A stretch of 64,000 nucleotides of DNA from assembly GCA_963814835.1 (NCBI GenBank), contig CAWFEG010000004.1, positions 43,510-107,509 of the forward strand. Reading direction: 5' to 3'. This DNA is from an uncultured Alphaproteobacteria bacterium. GTDB lineage: Bacteria > Pseudomonadota > Alphaproteobacteria > Rhodobacterales > Rhodobacteraceae. Positions 19,649 to 30,005 of this stretch are shown here, in pieces. The position numbers and the translations under genes are program-made. The notes under the pieces are model-generated. The model ran no database searches and was not told the DNA's origin. It worked only from the letters and a program-made list of their open reading frames with translations. Numbering within the stretch: position 1 is the stretch's first letter; the number at the start of each line of letters is the position of its first letter.

Positions 19649-19884
19649 CCTCGGGCACCGATCGGCCCTGCGCTACCAGCACCTCGACCTGACGAAGCTT
19701 CGCGACGAGCTCTTCCGGCTTGGGCCTCGTCTGTCCCGTTCCTGCGTCCTCCATCCGGATCGAAAGCCTGCGTCAGGGAAGACCACTCTTCAGGGGGCAG
19801 ACCACCGCGCCGCCACGGCCATGAGGTTCGGTCGAGTCAATTATTCTCTTGCAGGCGACATCACCATTGATCCGGTCGCCAACA

Positions 19885-21354
19885 TCAATAGGCACAATCC
19901 GTCTTGAAGAGGCTGATAGGGGTCCGCAGCAGGATCTTCAGGTCGAGCCAGAGCGACCAGTTCTCAATATACTCGAGATCGTATTGTACTCGTTGTTCCA
20001 GCTTGGCGGGGTCGTCGATCTCTCCCCGCCAGCCGTTGACCTGAGCCCATCCAGTAATGCCCGGCGGCAACCGGTGCCGTGCGGAATATCCGTCGACAAT
20101 CCGCGTGAACCTTTCCTGCTGGGTCGAGACGGCGTCGACGGCATGCGGACGAGGCCCGACCAGCGACAAGTCGCCTTTCAGGACATTGAAGAGTTGCGGA
20201 AGCTCGTCGATCGAGCTGCGCCGCAGGAACCGGCCGACACGCGTGACGCGGACGTCGCCACGGGTCACGACACGGCGCGCTTCGGGATCCGTCTGGTCGT
20301 CATACATGGAGCGAAACTTCAGCACGGTGAGGATGCGGTCGTTGTAGCCATGCCGCCTCTGCCGGAAGAACACCGGGCCGTTGCTCTCGAGGCGGATCGC
20401 AAGGGCGGCGATAGCCATGATCGGCAAGACCAGCACCAGGACGGCCAGCGCAAGGACGATGTCGAAAGTCCTCTTCGTCAATCGGCACTGCGGGGAGAAA
20501 CTGCGCCGGATCGCCGAGATCAACGGGTCGCGACCCGCCTGGGCGAACGTATAGTTCTGGCTGTAGGCCGACAGGCGTATCTCGACCGGCAGCACTTTGA
20601 ATGCGTCGAGCAGCCACTCGATCCGGGCCTCTGCATCCAGCGGCAGCGAGATGATGATCATGTCGATTTCGGAAACCCGGGCGAAGGTGATCAGTTCGTC
20701 GTACCCGCCTATCTTGGGAACGCCCAAGATCTGGCACGGAGAGCGAGCGTCGTCCCGGTCGTCGAAGATGCCGTACACCTGCACGTCGTTGCCCGGCCGA
20801 CGGGCAAGACCGCGCACCAGCTGCACCGCGTGTTCCCCACCGCCGGCGATCACAGCTCGGCGACTTAACAGGCGGTTGTCGGTCATCCATCTGGCGACCA
20901 TCGCGCCGCCGATCCGTGTCGGAACGGTGACCGCCGTCAGCGAAGCAATGGCAGCGACGAGAAACGCGCCCGAGGTCCCGCCGGGCACGGTGATGGCGAT
21001 AGCTCCGACAGGGACCAGGCAGGCAAGGAACGTCCGCAAGGCGAAGCGCAGGGGACTGTGAAGAACCGAGGGATCATAACCTGAAGAGGCCGCAAGCGTG
21101 GCAGACGAAACGACCGCTGCGAGGACTCCCGCGAGAGCCGCGGATACCGGTGAGAAAGCCGCATTCGAAAGCACCGCATATTGCGCGAACCACAAGGCCG
21201 TCGCGAAGACCGGCACGTCGACACAGGCAGCCACGCAAACAAGCCAAATCGGAGCCAGAGCCGATCGTTGCAAGGCTTGAGCAATGTTGGCAGCCGCCTC
21301 GCCAAGTCCATCGGGGCTCTGAGTCGTTAGGTCGGTCATGCGGGCATTATCCAT
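19885..21354 (-). CDS. polyprenyl-phosphate hexose-1-phosphate transferase (WbaP/ExoY-type priming glycosyltransferase)
   Basis: C-terminal bacterial sugar-transferase domain (KRTFDIVLALAVLVLVLPIMAI...GPVFFRQRRHGYNDRILTVLKFRSM...SLVGPRP) after N-terminal TM segments. An alternative ATG lies at 21339. Confidence 0.85.
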   Translation of the reverse strand: MDNARMTDLTTQSPDGLGEAAANIAQALQRSALAPIWLVCVAACVDVPVFATALWFAQYAVLSNAAFSPVSAALAGVLAAVVSSATLAASSGYDPSVLHSPLRFALRTFLACLVPVGAIAITVPGGTSGAFLVAAIASLTAVTVPTRIGGAMVARWMTDNRLLSRRAVIAGGGEHAVQLVRGLARRPGNDVQVYGIFDDRDDARSPCQILGVPKIGGYDELITFARVSEIDMIIISLPLDAEARIEWLLDAFKVLPVEIRLSAYSQNYTFAQAGRDPLISAIRRSFSPQCRLTKRTFDIVLALAVLVLVLPIMAIAALAIRLESNGPVFFRQRRHGYNDRILTVLKFRSMYDDQTDPEARRVVTRGDVRVTRVGRFLRRSSIDELPQLFNVLKGDLSLVGPRPHAVDAVSTQQERFTRIVDGYSARHRLPPGITGWAQVNGWRGEIDDPAKLEQRVQYDLEYIENWSLWLDLKILLRTPISLFKTDCAY

Positions 21355-21525
21355 GCACAGTCGTCTCGAACGGAACGATGCACCGAGAGGCTTAAGTTCG
21401 GGATAATCGGTGCCTGGTGCTTCCTGCGGCCAAGCATGCCGGCGGGGTTGCTGAACTGGCCCCCGTTTCGACCGGACACTTGGGCATAGCCATGGAGGCT
21501 TGGGCATATGCCTGAACACGTGCTC

Positions 21526-21869
21526 ATGTCCGAGATCGAGATCATCACCGATGGCGGCCGGCGCCGCCGCTGGTCCGCGGCCGAGAAGCTGCGGATCGTG
21601 GAAGAAACCCTGGACGAGCGGGAGAGCATCTCGGTGGTCGCGCGGCGCAATGGCGTGGCTCCGAACCTCCTCTATCGTTGGCGCAGTCTGATGCTGGAGG
21701 GAGGGAGCGTGGCGGTGACCGGCGACGACGAGGTGACCGGGTCGAGCCTGCGAGACGGGCCGTCCGGCAGATGGAGGACCGCATCCGCGAGTTCGAACGC
21801 CAGCTTGGGCGCAAGACGCTTGAGGTGGAGATCCTCAAGGAGGCGCTGGACAAGTCACGGGCAAAATAA
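21526..21869 (+). pseudogene. IS3 type II orfA (HTH protein), reading frame changes near 21736
   Basis: MSEIEIITDGGRRRRWSAAEKLRIVEETLDERESISVVARRNGVAPNLLYRWR... continues as ...VEPARRAVRQMEDRIREFERQLGRKTLEVEILKEALDKSRAK in the -1 frame. Copy 2 has the same break. Confidence 0.6.
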
Positions 21870-21910
21870 CCGACGTTGCTCGTGCAGTCGCCGCTGAAGG
21901 GCGGTTCCCG

Positions 21911-22744
21911 ATGGCGGCCGTGGCCCAGACGCTCGGGATGTCGCGCTCGAACCTGCATGACCGGCTGAGCGGAAGGACCAAGCCGCGGCGGCGCTACTAC
22001 AAAGCGCGAGACGCGGCGGTGCTGCCGTTGATCACGGCGCTCGTGGCGGCGCGACCGACCTGCGGCTACCGGCGGATCACGGCGCTCCTGAACCGCCAGC
22101 TGCGGGCGCAGGGGCTGGCGCCGGTGAACCACAAGCGCGTCTACCGGGTCATGCAGACCAACAACCTGCTTCTCGCGCGGAGCAGGACCGAGCGGCCGGC
22201 GCGCACCCACGACGGCAAGGCCCTCGTCATGCGCTCGAACCTGGGATGGTGCAGCGACGGCTTCGAGTTCACGTGCTGGAACGGCGACATCGTCCGCGGC
22301 GCCTTCGTCATCGACGCCCACGACCGGGAGATCATCGCCTGGCGCGCCGTGGCGAACGCCGGCATCAGCGGATCCGATATCCGCGACATGATGCTCGAGG
22401 CGGTGGAGACGCGGTTCAGCGCGCACCGCGCCCCGCATCCGGTCGAGATGCTCAGCGACAACGGCTCGCCCTACACCGCCCGCGACACGCGCATCTTCGC
22501 CAGCCAGCTCGGCCTGAGGTCCCGCTTCACGCCGGTCAAGAGCCCGGAGAGCAACGGCATCTCGGAAGCCTTCGAAAACACGCTCAAGCGTGACTGCGTG
22601 CGCGTCACGCCGTTGCCGGACGCTCAGGTCGTCCTCGACCTCGTCAGCGGGCGGATCGAGGACTACAACGACAACCACCCGAACTCAGGGCTGAAGTTGC
22701 GCTCGCCCCGCGAGTTCATCGCAGCTCAAACCGCAACCGCCTGA
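21911..22744 (+). CDS. IS3 type II orfB (DDE integrase-core transposase)
   Basis: 277-aa ORF with an rve core (WCSDGFEFTCWNGDIVRGAFVIDAHDREIIAW...LSDNGSPYTA...SPESNGISEAFENTLKRD). Probably expressed by a -1 shift at GCAAAATAA (about 21861-21869). Confidence 0.8.
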   Translation: MAAVAQTLGMSRSNLHDRLSGRTKPRRRYYKARDAAVLPLITALVAARPTCGYRRITALLNRQLRAQGLAPVNHKRVYRVMQTNNLLLARSRTERPARTHDGKALVMRSNLGWCSDGFEFTCWNGDIVRGAFVIDAHDREIIAWRAVANAGISGSDIRDMMLEAVETRFSAHRAPHPVEMLSDNGSPYTARDTRIFASQLGLRSRFTPVKSPESNGISEAFENTLKRDCVRVTPLPDAQVVLDLVSGRIEDYNDNHPNSGLKLRSPREFIAAQTATA

Positions 22745-23163
22745 GTGTCCGGCGAAACGGGGGCAATATCAGCTCGCCGATTCAGCGGCTGATGCCGGCC
22801 GCTCGGGGAAACGCAACCTGGACGCTTCCGGAAAGTTCGCTCTGAACGGTTTCGAGATGTTCCGGCCGGTGCTGGAGGGTGCCCTCGGGCGGCCGGCCGC
22901 CCTTCGACCCCGTGCTGAAGGTCCGCCTGCTCGTCTTGCAATCGCTGCCCGGGCTTTCGCTGGAGCAGACGGAGTACCTTGTCCGGGACCGGCTGTCGTG
23001 GATGCGGTTCTGCCAGCTCGGCCGTGAAGACCGGGTGCCGGACGCGAACACGCTGTGGGACTTCCGCGAGGCTCTGATCGCAGCGAACGCGTTGGAGGAC
23101 CTCTTCGATCGGCTCGACCGGGCGATCACGGCGGCGGGCTACCTGCCGCGGGGCGGCCAGAAC

Positions 23164-23199
23164 GAGCCAATGTCCGCCATTGGTCCGAGGGCAATGGCG
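23164..23199 (+). repeat. type-1 palindromic mini-insertion (36 nt, in frame)
   Basis: GAGCCAATGTCCGCCATTGGTCCGAGGGCAATGGCG between GYLPRGGQN and NDASLVAAPRQRNT. Confidence 0.8.
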
Positions 23200-23454
23200 A
23201 ACGATGCGAGCCTGGTCGCCGCGCCCCGGCAGCGGAACACCGACGGGGAGAAGGCGACGATCAGGGAGCGCAGGTCCGCCGCGAAGATCTGGCCGGACAA
23301 GCTGGCGAAGGCGCGCCAGAAGGACGTCGATGGGCGCTGGACGGTCGAATACTCGAAGGCAACGGTCCGGACCGACGACACGAAGCCGGTCGATCTCGCG
23401 ATCCCGGTCTAGGGCTACAAGTCCCACATCTCGATCGACCGGATGCATGGGCTC

Positions 23455-23491
23455 GCCATTGTCCCCGGACCAATGGCGGACAATGGCTGCG
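23455..23491 (-). repeat. type-1 palindromic mini-insertion (37 nt), opposite orientation in the same gene
   Basis: GCCATTGTCCCCGGACCAATGGCGGACAATGGCTGCG. Removal joins SIDRMHGL to LRRQAVTDAARHDG in frame. Confidence 0.8.
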
Positions 23492-23925
23492 CTCCGCCGC
23501 CAGGCCGTCACCGATGCCGCCCGGCATGATGGGAGGCGGATGCGGGAGGGACTGATCGCCCGGTCCAACACGGCCCGCTTGGCCTGGGCGGACAGCGCCT
23601 GCCGCTCGGCCGAGAACGAGGCCTGGCTGGAGGCGCAGGGCATGGTCAGCCGCATCCATCGTCGCAAGCCGAGGGGCCGCCCGATGCCGAAGCCAACCCG
23701 CCGCGCCACCGCCGCGAAGTCCGCGCTGCGCTCGAAGGTCGAACACGTCTTCGCCCACCAGAAGGCCCGCATGGGGATGACCATCCGCACCATCGGGCTG
23801 GCATGCGCGGGGGGGCGATCACGCTGGCCAACATGGCCTTCACCATGACCCGATGGCGGTGGCTCGACAGCCGATCTGCACCAGCCTGACCGGGATCGGC
23901 CGGCGATCCGGCGTCATCAGGCGCC

Positions 23926-24005
23926 AGCGACGGCCCGAGGCCGCTCGCCAGCGCCGCAACCGTGATCTTCTGGCTCTGAAGATCAATGAGTTTGGAGCCT
24001 AGGGT
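23926..24005 (+). mobile_element. terminal fragment of an IS427-group IS5 element
   Basis: GCAACCGTGATCTTCTGGCTCTGAAGAT matches the last codons (ATVIFWL*) and downstream end of the element at 29930-30800. Confidence 0.5.
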
Positions 24006-24182
24006 GGGCCCATCTGATCGATCCCGACTCCCCCCCGCGAGAGTGTGTTCTGTGTGTGAGGGGTCGGATGGAATTCAACCCGCGATTGCGGCGGCGAGGT
24101 ACGCGATCTCACCGCACGTCTATCGACCGAAGAACCTGTATCCGATCCGCCCACCTTGCTCCGGGCGGGGGAAGGGCCGCCC

Positions 24183-25366
24183 ATGCAGACGCTCACTCGT
24201 ATCGCCTCGGCCGGATCGGCCGCCACCGCCGTCGCCTTCGGGCCCGCGCGGATCGGATTCGGCCTCTTTCTTCCGCAGTTCCGCGAGGCCTTCTCGATCT
24301 CGACCGGCACGGCGGGAATCATCTCGAGCCTCGGCTTCGCGGCCTTCTTTATCGGCCTCGCCTGCTCCTACAAGCTGATCGCCCGCGCGGGCCCCCGCGT
24401 GCCCATCGTGGTCGGCATGATCGCGGCGACCCTTGGCTTGGCTGCCGTCGCCGCAGCGCCGAACGCCATCATCCTCGCCATCGGCGTCTGCCTGGCCAGC
24501 GCCAGCGCGGGGTTCTCGTGGACTCCGTTCAACAACGCCGCCCAGAGGGTTCTCCACGAGCGCGACCGCCCCGGCGCGTTGTCGATGATCAGTTCGGGAA
24601 CGGCGGTTGGGGTGCTGCTCGCGGGCCTTCTCGCGCTGTCGCTTGCCTTCTTCGGCTATGGCTGGCGCGTCGTCTGGGCGGTCTTCGCCGCCGGTGCGGC
24701 CGGGGCGGCGCTCGCCAACCTCCTGGCCCTGACCGACACGGTGGAGCCCGCCGGCGATGCGCCGCCGCGCAAATGGGGCGAGCTCGCCACCCGCTCGGCC
24801 ATCCCGCTCTATCTCGTCGCGTTCTCCTTCGGCGTGACCAACGGTATCTACGTCACCTTTGCCGCCGACCGCGTGACCGAGCAGGGCGGGCTCGCCGGGC
24901 TCCCCTCGCAGGCCAGCGGGGCGATCGTCTTTGCCGCCTACGGGGCGCTCGGGCTGCTGGGGCTCCTGACGGCCCGGATCAAATCCGCGATCGGCCTGTC
25001 CTGGCTTCTGCGCGCGCTCAACATCGGCGCGGCGCTGTCCCTCGCGATCATCGCGTGGGTGCCAACGTCGTGGGGCGGCGTGATCGTCTCGGCGGGCCTG
25101 CAGGGCATTTTCGTGATGATGATCAGCGCGGTTCTGTCGCTCTGGTCGGAGCGGCTCTTTCCGATCTTCCCTCGCTCAGTTTCACCGCGGCGCTGCTGAT
25201 CACCGGCGCGGGCAACATCGCGGGGCCCGCCCTCGCGGGTGTGGCGTCGTCGGTCTTCGGCCCGGTGCCAATGTTCTTCGGTACCGCAGCGCTCGCGCTC
25301 GCCACGGCGCTCGTGCTGAAGCCCGGCATCATCCGAGAACAGGCGTCGACGACGGAGGCAGCCTGA
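24183..25366 (+). pseudogene. MFS transporter (YbfB/YjiJ-like), single frameshift near 25161-25165
   Basis: About 12 TM segments. WSERLFP continues as DLPSLSFTAALLITGAGNIAGPALAGV... in the frame of 24056-25366. Could be a real lesion or a base-call error. Confidence 0.6.
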
Positions 25367-25597
25367 CGGCAGACCGTCACGGCGCTTCCAACAAAGCGAC
25401 ACGACGATTGAGCGTGGCACCGAAGCCCAGGTTCAACAGAAACCTTCAACGGAAGACCGGTCCCGCAAAGCGTGAATCCATCGCCGCTGGGCCGTGCCAC
25501 CGCGGCGAATAGCCGGTTCGGTGAGCCGCATTGCAGCGGCCGGCGATGTCGCCATGGTTCGCATTGGACCGCCCGGAGAAGCGGGCGGCCCCGCCGC

Positions 25598-26228
25598 TCA
25601 GATCTCGACCGCCCCCGAGATGGCGAGCGCATCCTCCAGCTCGACGCCGAGGTAGCGAACGGGACTATCCATCTTCGTATGGCCAAGCAGGAGCTGAACG
25701 GCGCGGAGGTTGCCGGTCTTGCGGTGGATCTGTGCCACCTGGTTCGGCGCATCGAGTGGCTGCCGTGGGAGCCGGCTCCGGCCCGATCGAGGTGACCCAG
25801 CCCCGGACGAGGCGGGCATGCTGGCGGGTCGAGATGTGGAGCCGCTCGTGGAACCGTCCGGGCCAGAGATATTCCGAGCCGACCAGTAAGGGATCGTCGA
25901 GCCACGCCAGGAGAGACTTCCGCGTCCCTTCGGTGACCTCGAAGCGGACCGGTTGCCGGGCCTTGCTCCGGGTGATCGAGACCCGCTCCTTCATCTGGCC
26001 CGCCGCGTAGACGTCGGCGACCCGGAGGCGGACGAGATCGCAGCCGCGCAGCTTGCTGTCGATCGCCAGATTGAAGAGGGCGAGGTCACGGGTGCGGTCG
26101 GCGAGTTCGAGCCCGACGCGGATCGCCCAGACATGTTTTGGTAGGAGCGGGCGTTTCTGGCCCACGAGGCGGCCCCTGTTCCAGGCTGGCCGGCACGCAC
26201 GGATGGCGGGAAGGTTCGAGGCGGGCAT
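25598..26228 (-). pseudogene. small tyrosine recombinase (phage-integrase family), two frameshifts
   Basis: GGAGG upstream of ATG 26228. LLPKHVWAIRVGLELADRTRDLALFNLAIDSKLRGCDLVRLRV..., HGSHSMRRT, QIHRKTGNLRAVQLLLGHTKMDSPVRYLGVE spread across three frames. Confidence 0.75.
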
Positions 26229-26476
26229 GGCAATTCCTCCGATCCGCCGCGCTCCTCCCCATCGCCGACATGACACCGGCGCCGCATGGTAGCACGCCGC
26301 GCCGCCGCAGGTCCGCTCGGAGCCCTGAGAAACTGGGCAAGCCCTTCGCGTGGATGTCTGCTTCATGCGGTTCCGACGCCGGAGCAAATGTGCGGATCAG
26401 TTTGCAAGTAGCCTTCGTTTGCCGACGGATCAGGACTACAAGAATGGTTGTCAGCCTGAACAGGAGAGTACCAGAC

Positions 26477-28285
26477 ATGACCCGACACCTGTACGGACCG
26501 GCGGTCATTGCGGGCATTTTTGTCATGGCCGGGGCGGTCTCGGCGCAGGAGATCGCCGAGACGATCTACACTGGCGGACCTATCCTCACCATCGACGACG
26601 CACAACCTGCCGTCGAGGCCGTGGCGGTCAAGGACGGGCGCATTCTCGCGGTTGGCGCGCTGGCCGACGTCAGCGCGCATCAGGGCGAGGAAACCGAAAT
26701 CTTCGACCTCGACGGGCGGGCGATGCTGCCCGGCTTCGTCGACAGCCATGGGCACGTCGTCATGGGCGGCCTCCAGGCTCTGTCGGCGAACCTGCTGGCG
26801 CCCCCCGACGGCGAGGTCAGGGACATCGCCAGCCTACAGTCGGCGCTGTCGGCGTGGGCGGAGAAGAACGCCGACGTCGTTGATCAGGTGAACATGATCG
26901 TCGGTTTCGGCTACGACAACGCTCAGCTGGCCGAGTTGCGCCACCCGACGCGCGAAGACCTAGACGTCGTCTCGACGGAAATTCCGATCATCATTGTGCA
27001 CCAGTCCGGGCACCTCGGCGTCGCGAACTCGAAGGCGCTAGAGATGGCCGGGGTCGACGCCTCGACAGAGGACCCGGCGGGCGGCGTGATCCGGCGCACT
27101 CCGGACAGGGAGCCGGACGGAGTGCTGGAGGAACATGCCTTCTTCACCGTGCTGGTGCCGATGATGTCCGGGATCGGTCCCGAGGGCTTGGCCGCCTTCG
27201 CCCGGGCGGGGGCCGAGATGTGGGCGCGTTTCGGGTACACGACGGCGCAGGATGGTCGTTCCTCCGCCGCGCTCGTCGAAACGCTCATGGCTATCGACGC
27301 CGCCGGCGACCTGCCGATCGACGTCGTCGCCTATCCCGACGTCCTGGAGTCCAGGGACTACATCGAGGCGAATGTCTCCGAGGACTACGCCGGGCGCGTC
27401 CGCGTCGGCGGCTGCAAGCTGACCATCGACGGCTCGCCGCAAGGGTTCACCGCGCTGAGGGACCGCCCCTACTACGCCCCGGTGGGCGACTACCCGCCGG
27501 GCTACGCCGGCTACGCGGCCGTCACCATCGAGCAGGTGCAGGACGCCGTGAATTGGTGCATAGGGAACGGCATCCAGATCCTCACCCACGCCAACGGCGA
27601 GGGCGCGTCCGACATGCTGATCGCTGCCATAAGCGCGGCGCAGGACAAGTACGGCGATCCCGGCAACCGGCCCGTGCTGATCCATGGCCAGTTCCTGCGC
27701 GAAGACCAGCTGGACAGCTACAAGGAACTGGGCGTTTTCTTGTCGCTCTTTCCGATGCATACCTTCTACTGGGGCGACTGGCACCGCGACCACACGGTCG
27801 GGCCGGTGAACGCCGACAACATTTCTCCGACCGGCTGGGTTCGTGAGCGGGACATGATGTTCGGGTCGCACCACGACGCGCCCGTGGCCTTCCCGGACTC
27901 CATGCGCATCCTGTCGGCCACCGTCACCCGCCGGACCCGGTCAGGCGATATCCTTGGTCCGGACCAGAGGGTCGACGTGATGACCGCCCTCAAGGCGATG
28001 ACGATCTGGCCGGCGTGGCAGCATTTCGAGGAGGACGACAAGGGCAGCATTGAGGCGGGCAAGATCGCCGACTTCGTGCTCCTCTCTGACGACCCCACCG
28101 CCGTCGACCCCGAGACGCTCGCCGACCTCCGCGTTCTTCTCACGATCAAGGACGGCGGAGTGATCTACGAGGCTGAAGAAGGCGAGGACGAGACAAGGCT
28201 GAGGGAGTCTCCGTTCACGTCGGACCCGGTCACAGCCCATCGGTTTCTCGAGGCGATCGAGGATGGGATGGGACGCTTCCAGTAG
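26477..28285 (+). CDS. secreted metal-dependent amidohydrolase (amidohydrolase-3 / YtcJ-like)
   Basis: AGGAG upstream. Signal peptide MTRHLYGPAVIAGIFVMAGAVSAQ. LPGFVDSHGHVVMGG metal-binding motif, THANGEGA, and HHDAPV near the C-terminus. Confidence 0.85.
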   Translation: MTRHLYGPAVIAGIFVMAGAVSAQEIAETIYTGGPILTIDDAQPAVEAVAVKDGRILAVGALADVSAHQGEETEIFDLDGRAMLPGFVDSHGHVVMGGLQALSANLLAPPDGEVRDIASLQSALSAWAEKNADVVDQVNMIVGFGYDNAQLAELRHPTREDLDVVSTEIPIIIVHQSGHLGVANSKALEMAGVDASTEDPAGGVIRRTPDREPDGVLEEHAFFTVLVPMMSGIGPEGLAAFARAGAEMWARFGYTTAQDGRSSAALVETLMAIDAAGDLPIDVVAYPDVLESRDYIEANVSEDYAGRVRVGGCKLTIDGSPQGFTALRDRPYYAPVGDYPPGYAGYAAVTIEQVQDAVNWCIGNGIQILTHANGEGASDMLIAAISAAQDKYGDPGNRPVLIHGQFLREDQLDSYKELGVFLSLFPMHTFYWGDWHRDHTVGPVNADNISPTGWVRERDMMFGSHHDAPVAFPDSMRILSATVTRRTRSGDILGPDQRVDVMTALKAMTIWPAWQHFEEDDKGSIEAGKIADFVLLSDDPTAVDPETLADLRVLLTIKDGGVIYEAEEGEDETRLRESPFTSDPVTAHRFLEAIEDGMGRFQ

Positions 28286-29618
28286 GCTCGTCTGCTTCCC
28301 AGAACGCGGGACGGCATGGCATATTCCCCTGCAAACCTGCCTTCGGCAAGATTCATCGAGACGACAAGAAAGTCCGCGGTCCGGTCCTTGCTCCTTGGGT
28401 GGCCTGCCCCTGTCGGGTGGTCCGGTTTCAGCCTTGGTGCAGGACGGGCCTCGGCGCCAAGGCGGTTGCCTCGGACGCGGTCGGCTGTCCGGTGTGTGAC
28501 GGCCAGTGGACGGCCTCCGCTGGCGGCCGGTAGCCCGGCGACGAATGGGGTCTGACGGGATTGGAGTGGACCCGCCATGCCTCGATCACGGCGCGGGCCT
28601 CGGCCATCGAAGGGAAGATCTCCCCGTTCAGGTGATCGTATAGGATCACCGTCGCGAAGCTTGGAGTTGAAGCTCTCGCAGGAGCCGTTCTCCCAGGGAC
28701 TGCCCGGCTCGATGAAGGCCGTCTTCGCGCCCACGGCGGCGATCCAGTCCCTCACCGCCCTGGCGATGGACTCATTCGGGCGTCGCCCTCATCATTGTCC
28801 GGGCGGACGTGGCCGGGCCCACCCCGTGAGGCATGAACAGATCGGTCAGGACATCGACCACGGCGGTCGCGTTCCGCGTCCGGTCGATCCGGATCGCCAG
28901 GCACTCCGTGGTGAACTCGTCGACGATGTTCCGCATCCTGGACTTCCTTCCGTCCCGTGCCCGGCTCTCCACGACATCGCAGGACCGGACGCGGTTCGGG
29001 CGCTCAGGGCGCAGGCGGAGGCGGGACCCGTCATCGAGCCGGAGCCGGCCCCTTCCCGGGTTGCTTCCGCGGCACCGTCAGCTTGGTCGGGGGACACGCC
29101 CCACTGGGGCCTTTCCCGATCCCCCTCAGTCCCGCCGCCACTCGCCATCGTCCTCGAACCGGTGGCGGACAGGGGCTCGTCGCTCCCCGCGCTTCACGTT
29201 CACGGCCCCGCCGGCATCGCGCAGCATGGCCGCGATCCGACGGTAGCCGCAGCGCCCGTATCGGGACGCGAGCGCGACGATGTCCGCGGTCAGCGCCTCC
29301 TCGTCGGCCCGTCCGCGCGGCCTCTTCCGATGGGTGGAGCGATGCTGGCCGAGCACGCGGCAGGCGAAGCGCTCCGAGACCTGGAACTTCCGCCGGGCAT
29401 GATCGACGCAAGCCCGGCGGCGGGCGGGGCTGGGACGTTGCGCTGGTGCGGACCTTCGGATCCCGACGCGGCCTCCCGGAGGATCAGCTTCTCGAGCGTC
29501 AGGTCGCAGACGGCCTTGCGCAGCCGTTCTTCTCCTTCTCGAGCTGCTTCGGCCGCTTCACCTGGTCGGTCTTCAGACCCCCGACCTCCTTGCGCCACCG
29601 GTCACAGGTGAACCGGGT

Positions 29619-29655
29619 CGGCATGGCACTCGGACCGATGGCGTGCTCATGCCTC
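29619..29655 (-). repeat. type-1 palindromic mini-insertion (37 nt) in orfA of IS3 copy E
   Basis: Same sequence and position as 19579-19615. Removal gives IGGTRFTCDRWRKE, colinear with IGVTQFTYYRWRKE of copy C. Confidence 0.8.
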
Positions 29656-29670
29656 ACCCCCGATGGACCG

Positions 29671-29688
29671 GTCGACGTCTGCGTCGAC
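29671..29688. repeat. type-2-like palindrome in orfA of IS3 copy E
   Basis: GTCGACGTCTGCGTCGAC (7-bp arms GTCGACG/CGTCGAC). Confidence 0.6.
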
Positions 29689-30005
29689 CCTCGGGCACCG
29701 ATCGGCCCTGCGCTACCAGCACCTCGACCTGCCGAAGCCTCGCGACGAGCTCCTCCGGCTTGGGCCTCGTCTGTCCCGTTCCTGCGTCCTCCATCCGGCT
29801 CGAAAGCCTGCGTCAGGGAGGACCACTTTTCAGGCGGCAGGCCACGCGTCCCGCCGACCGCCGCGGAATCATCCCACCGCTACTTTGGCCAACTTTATCA
29901 CCGGAATTCTCACAATTCCTTCATTCCTGTTAGGCTCAGGACCCATTGATCAGCTTGTAGCTAGGCCGTCCGGATGCTTCATGCTCCCGAACTCACGGGG
30001 GCATC

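Larger units (their letters stand above)
18420..19804 (-). mobile_element. IS3-family element, type I, copy D (defective)
   Basis: TG...CA ends (TGGCCTGCCCCTGTCGGG / ...CAGGGGGCAGACCA). OrfB blocks AVGAKTAFIEPGSPWENGSCESFNSKLRD and RPHSSPGYRPPAEAVHWP. Many frameshifts. About 60 bp shorter than copy E. Confidence 0.8.
21452..22771 (+). mobile_element. IS3-family element, type II, copy 1
   Basis: Ends TGAACTGGCCCCCGTTTCGACCGGACAC ... GTGTCCGGCGAAACGGGGGCAATATCA, defined by comparison with the inverted copy at 57462-58781. No flanking direct repeat. Confidence 0.85.
22772..23925 (+). pseudogene. IS5-family (InsH-like N-terminus) transposase remnant, 5'-truncated by IS3 type II copy 1
   Basis: PFDPVLKVRLLVLQSLPGLSLEQTEYLVRDRLSWMRFCQLG..., WTVEYSKA, DLAIPV*GYKSHISIDRMHGL, AVTDAARHDG, SRIHRRKPRGRPMP, KSALRSKVEHVFAHQKARMG. 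In-frame TAG at 23410-23412 and a late frameshift. Confidence 0.75.
28400..29844 (-). mobile_element. IS3-family element, type I, copy E (defective)
   Basis: Same ends as copy D (TGGCCTGCCCCTGTCGGG / ...CAGGCGGCAGGCCA). Near-identical to D over most of its length. Frameshifted orfA and orfB. Confidence 0.8.
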
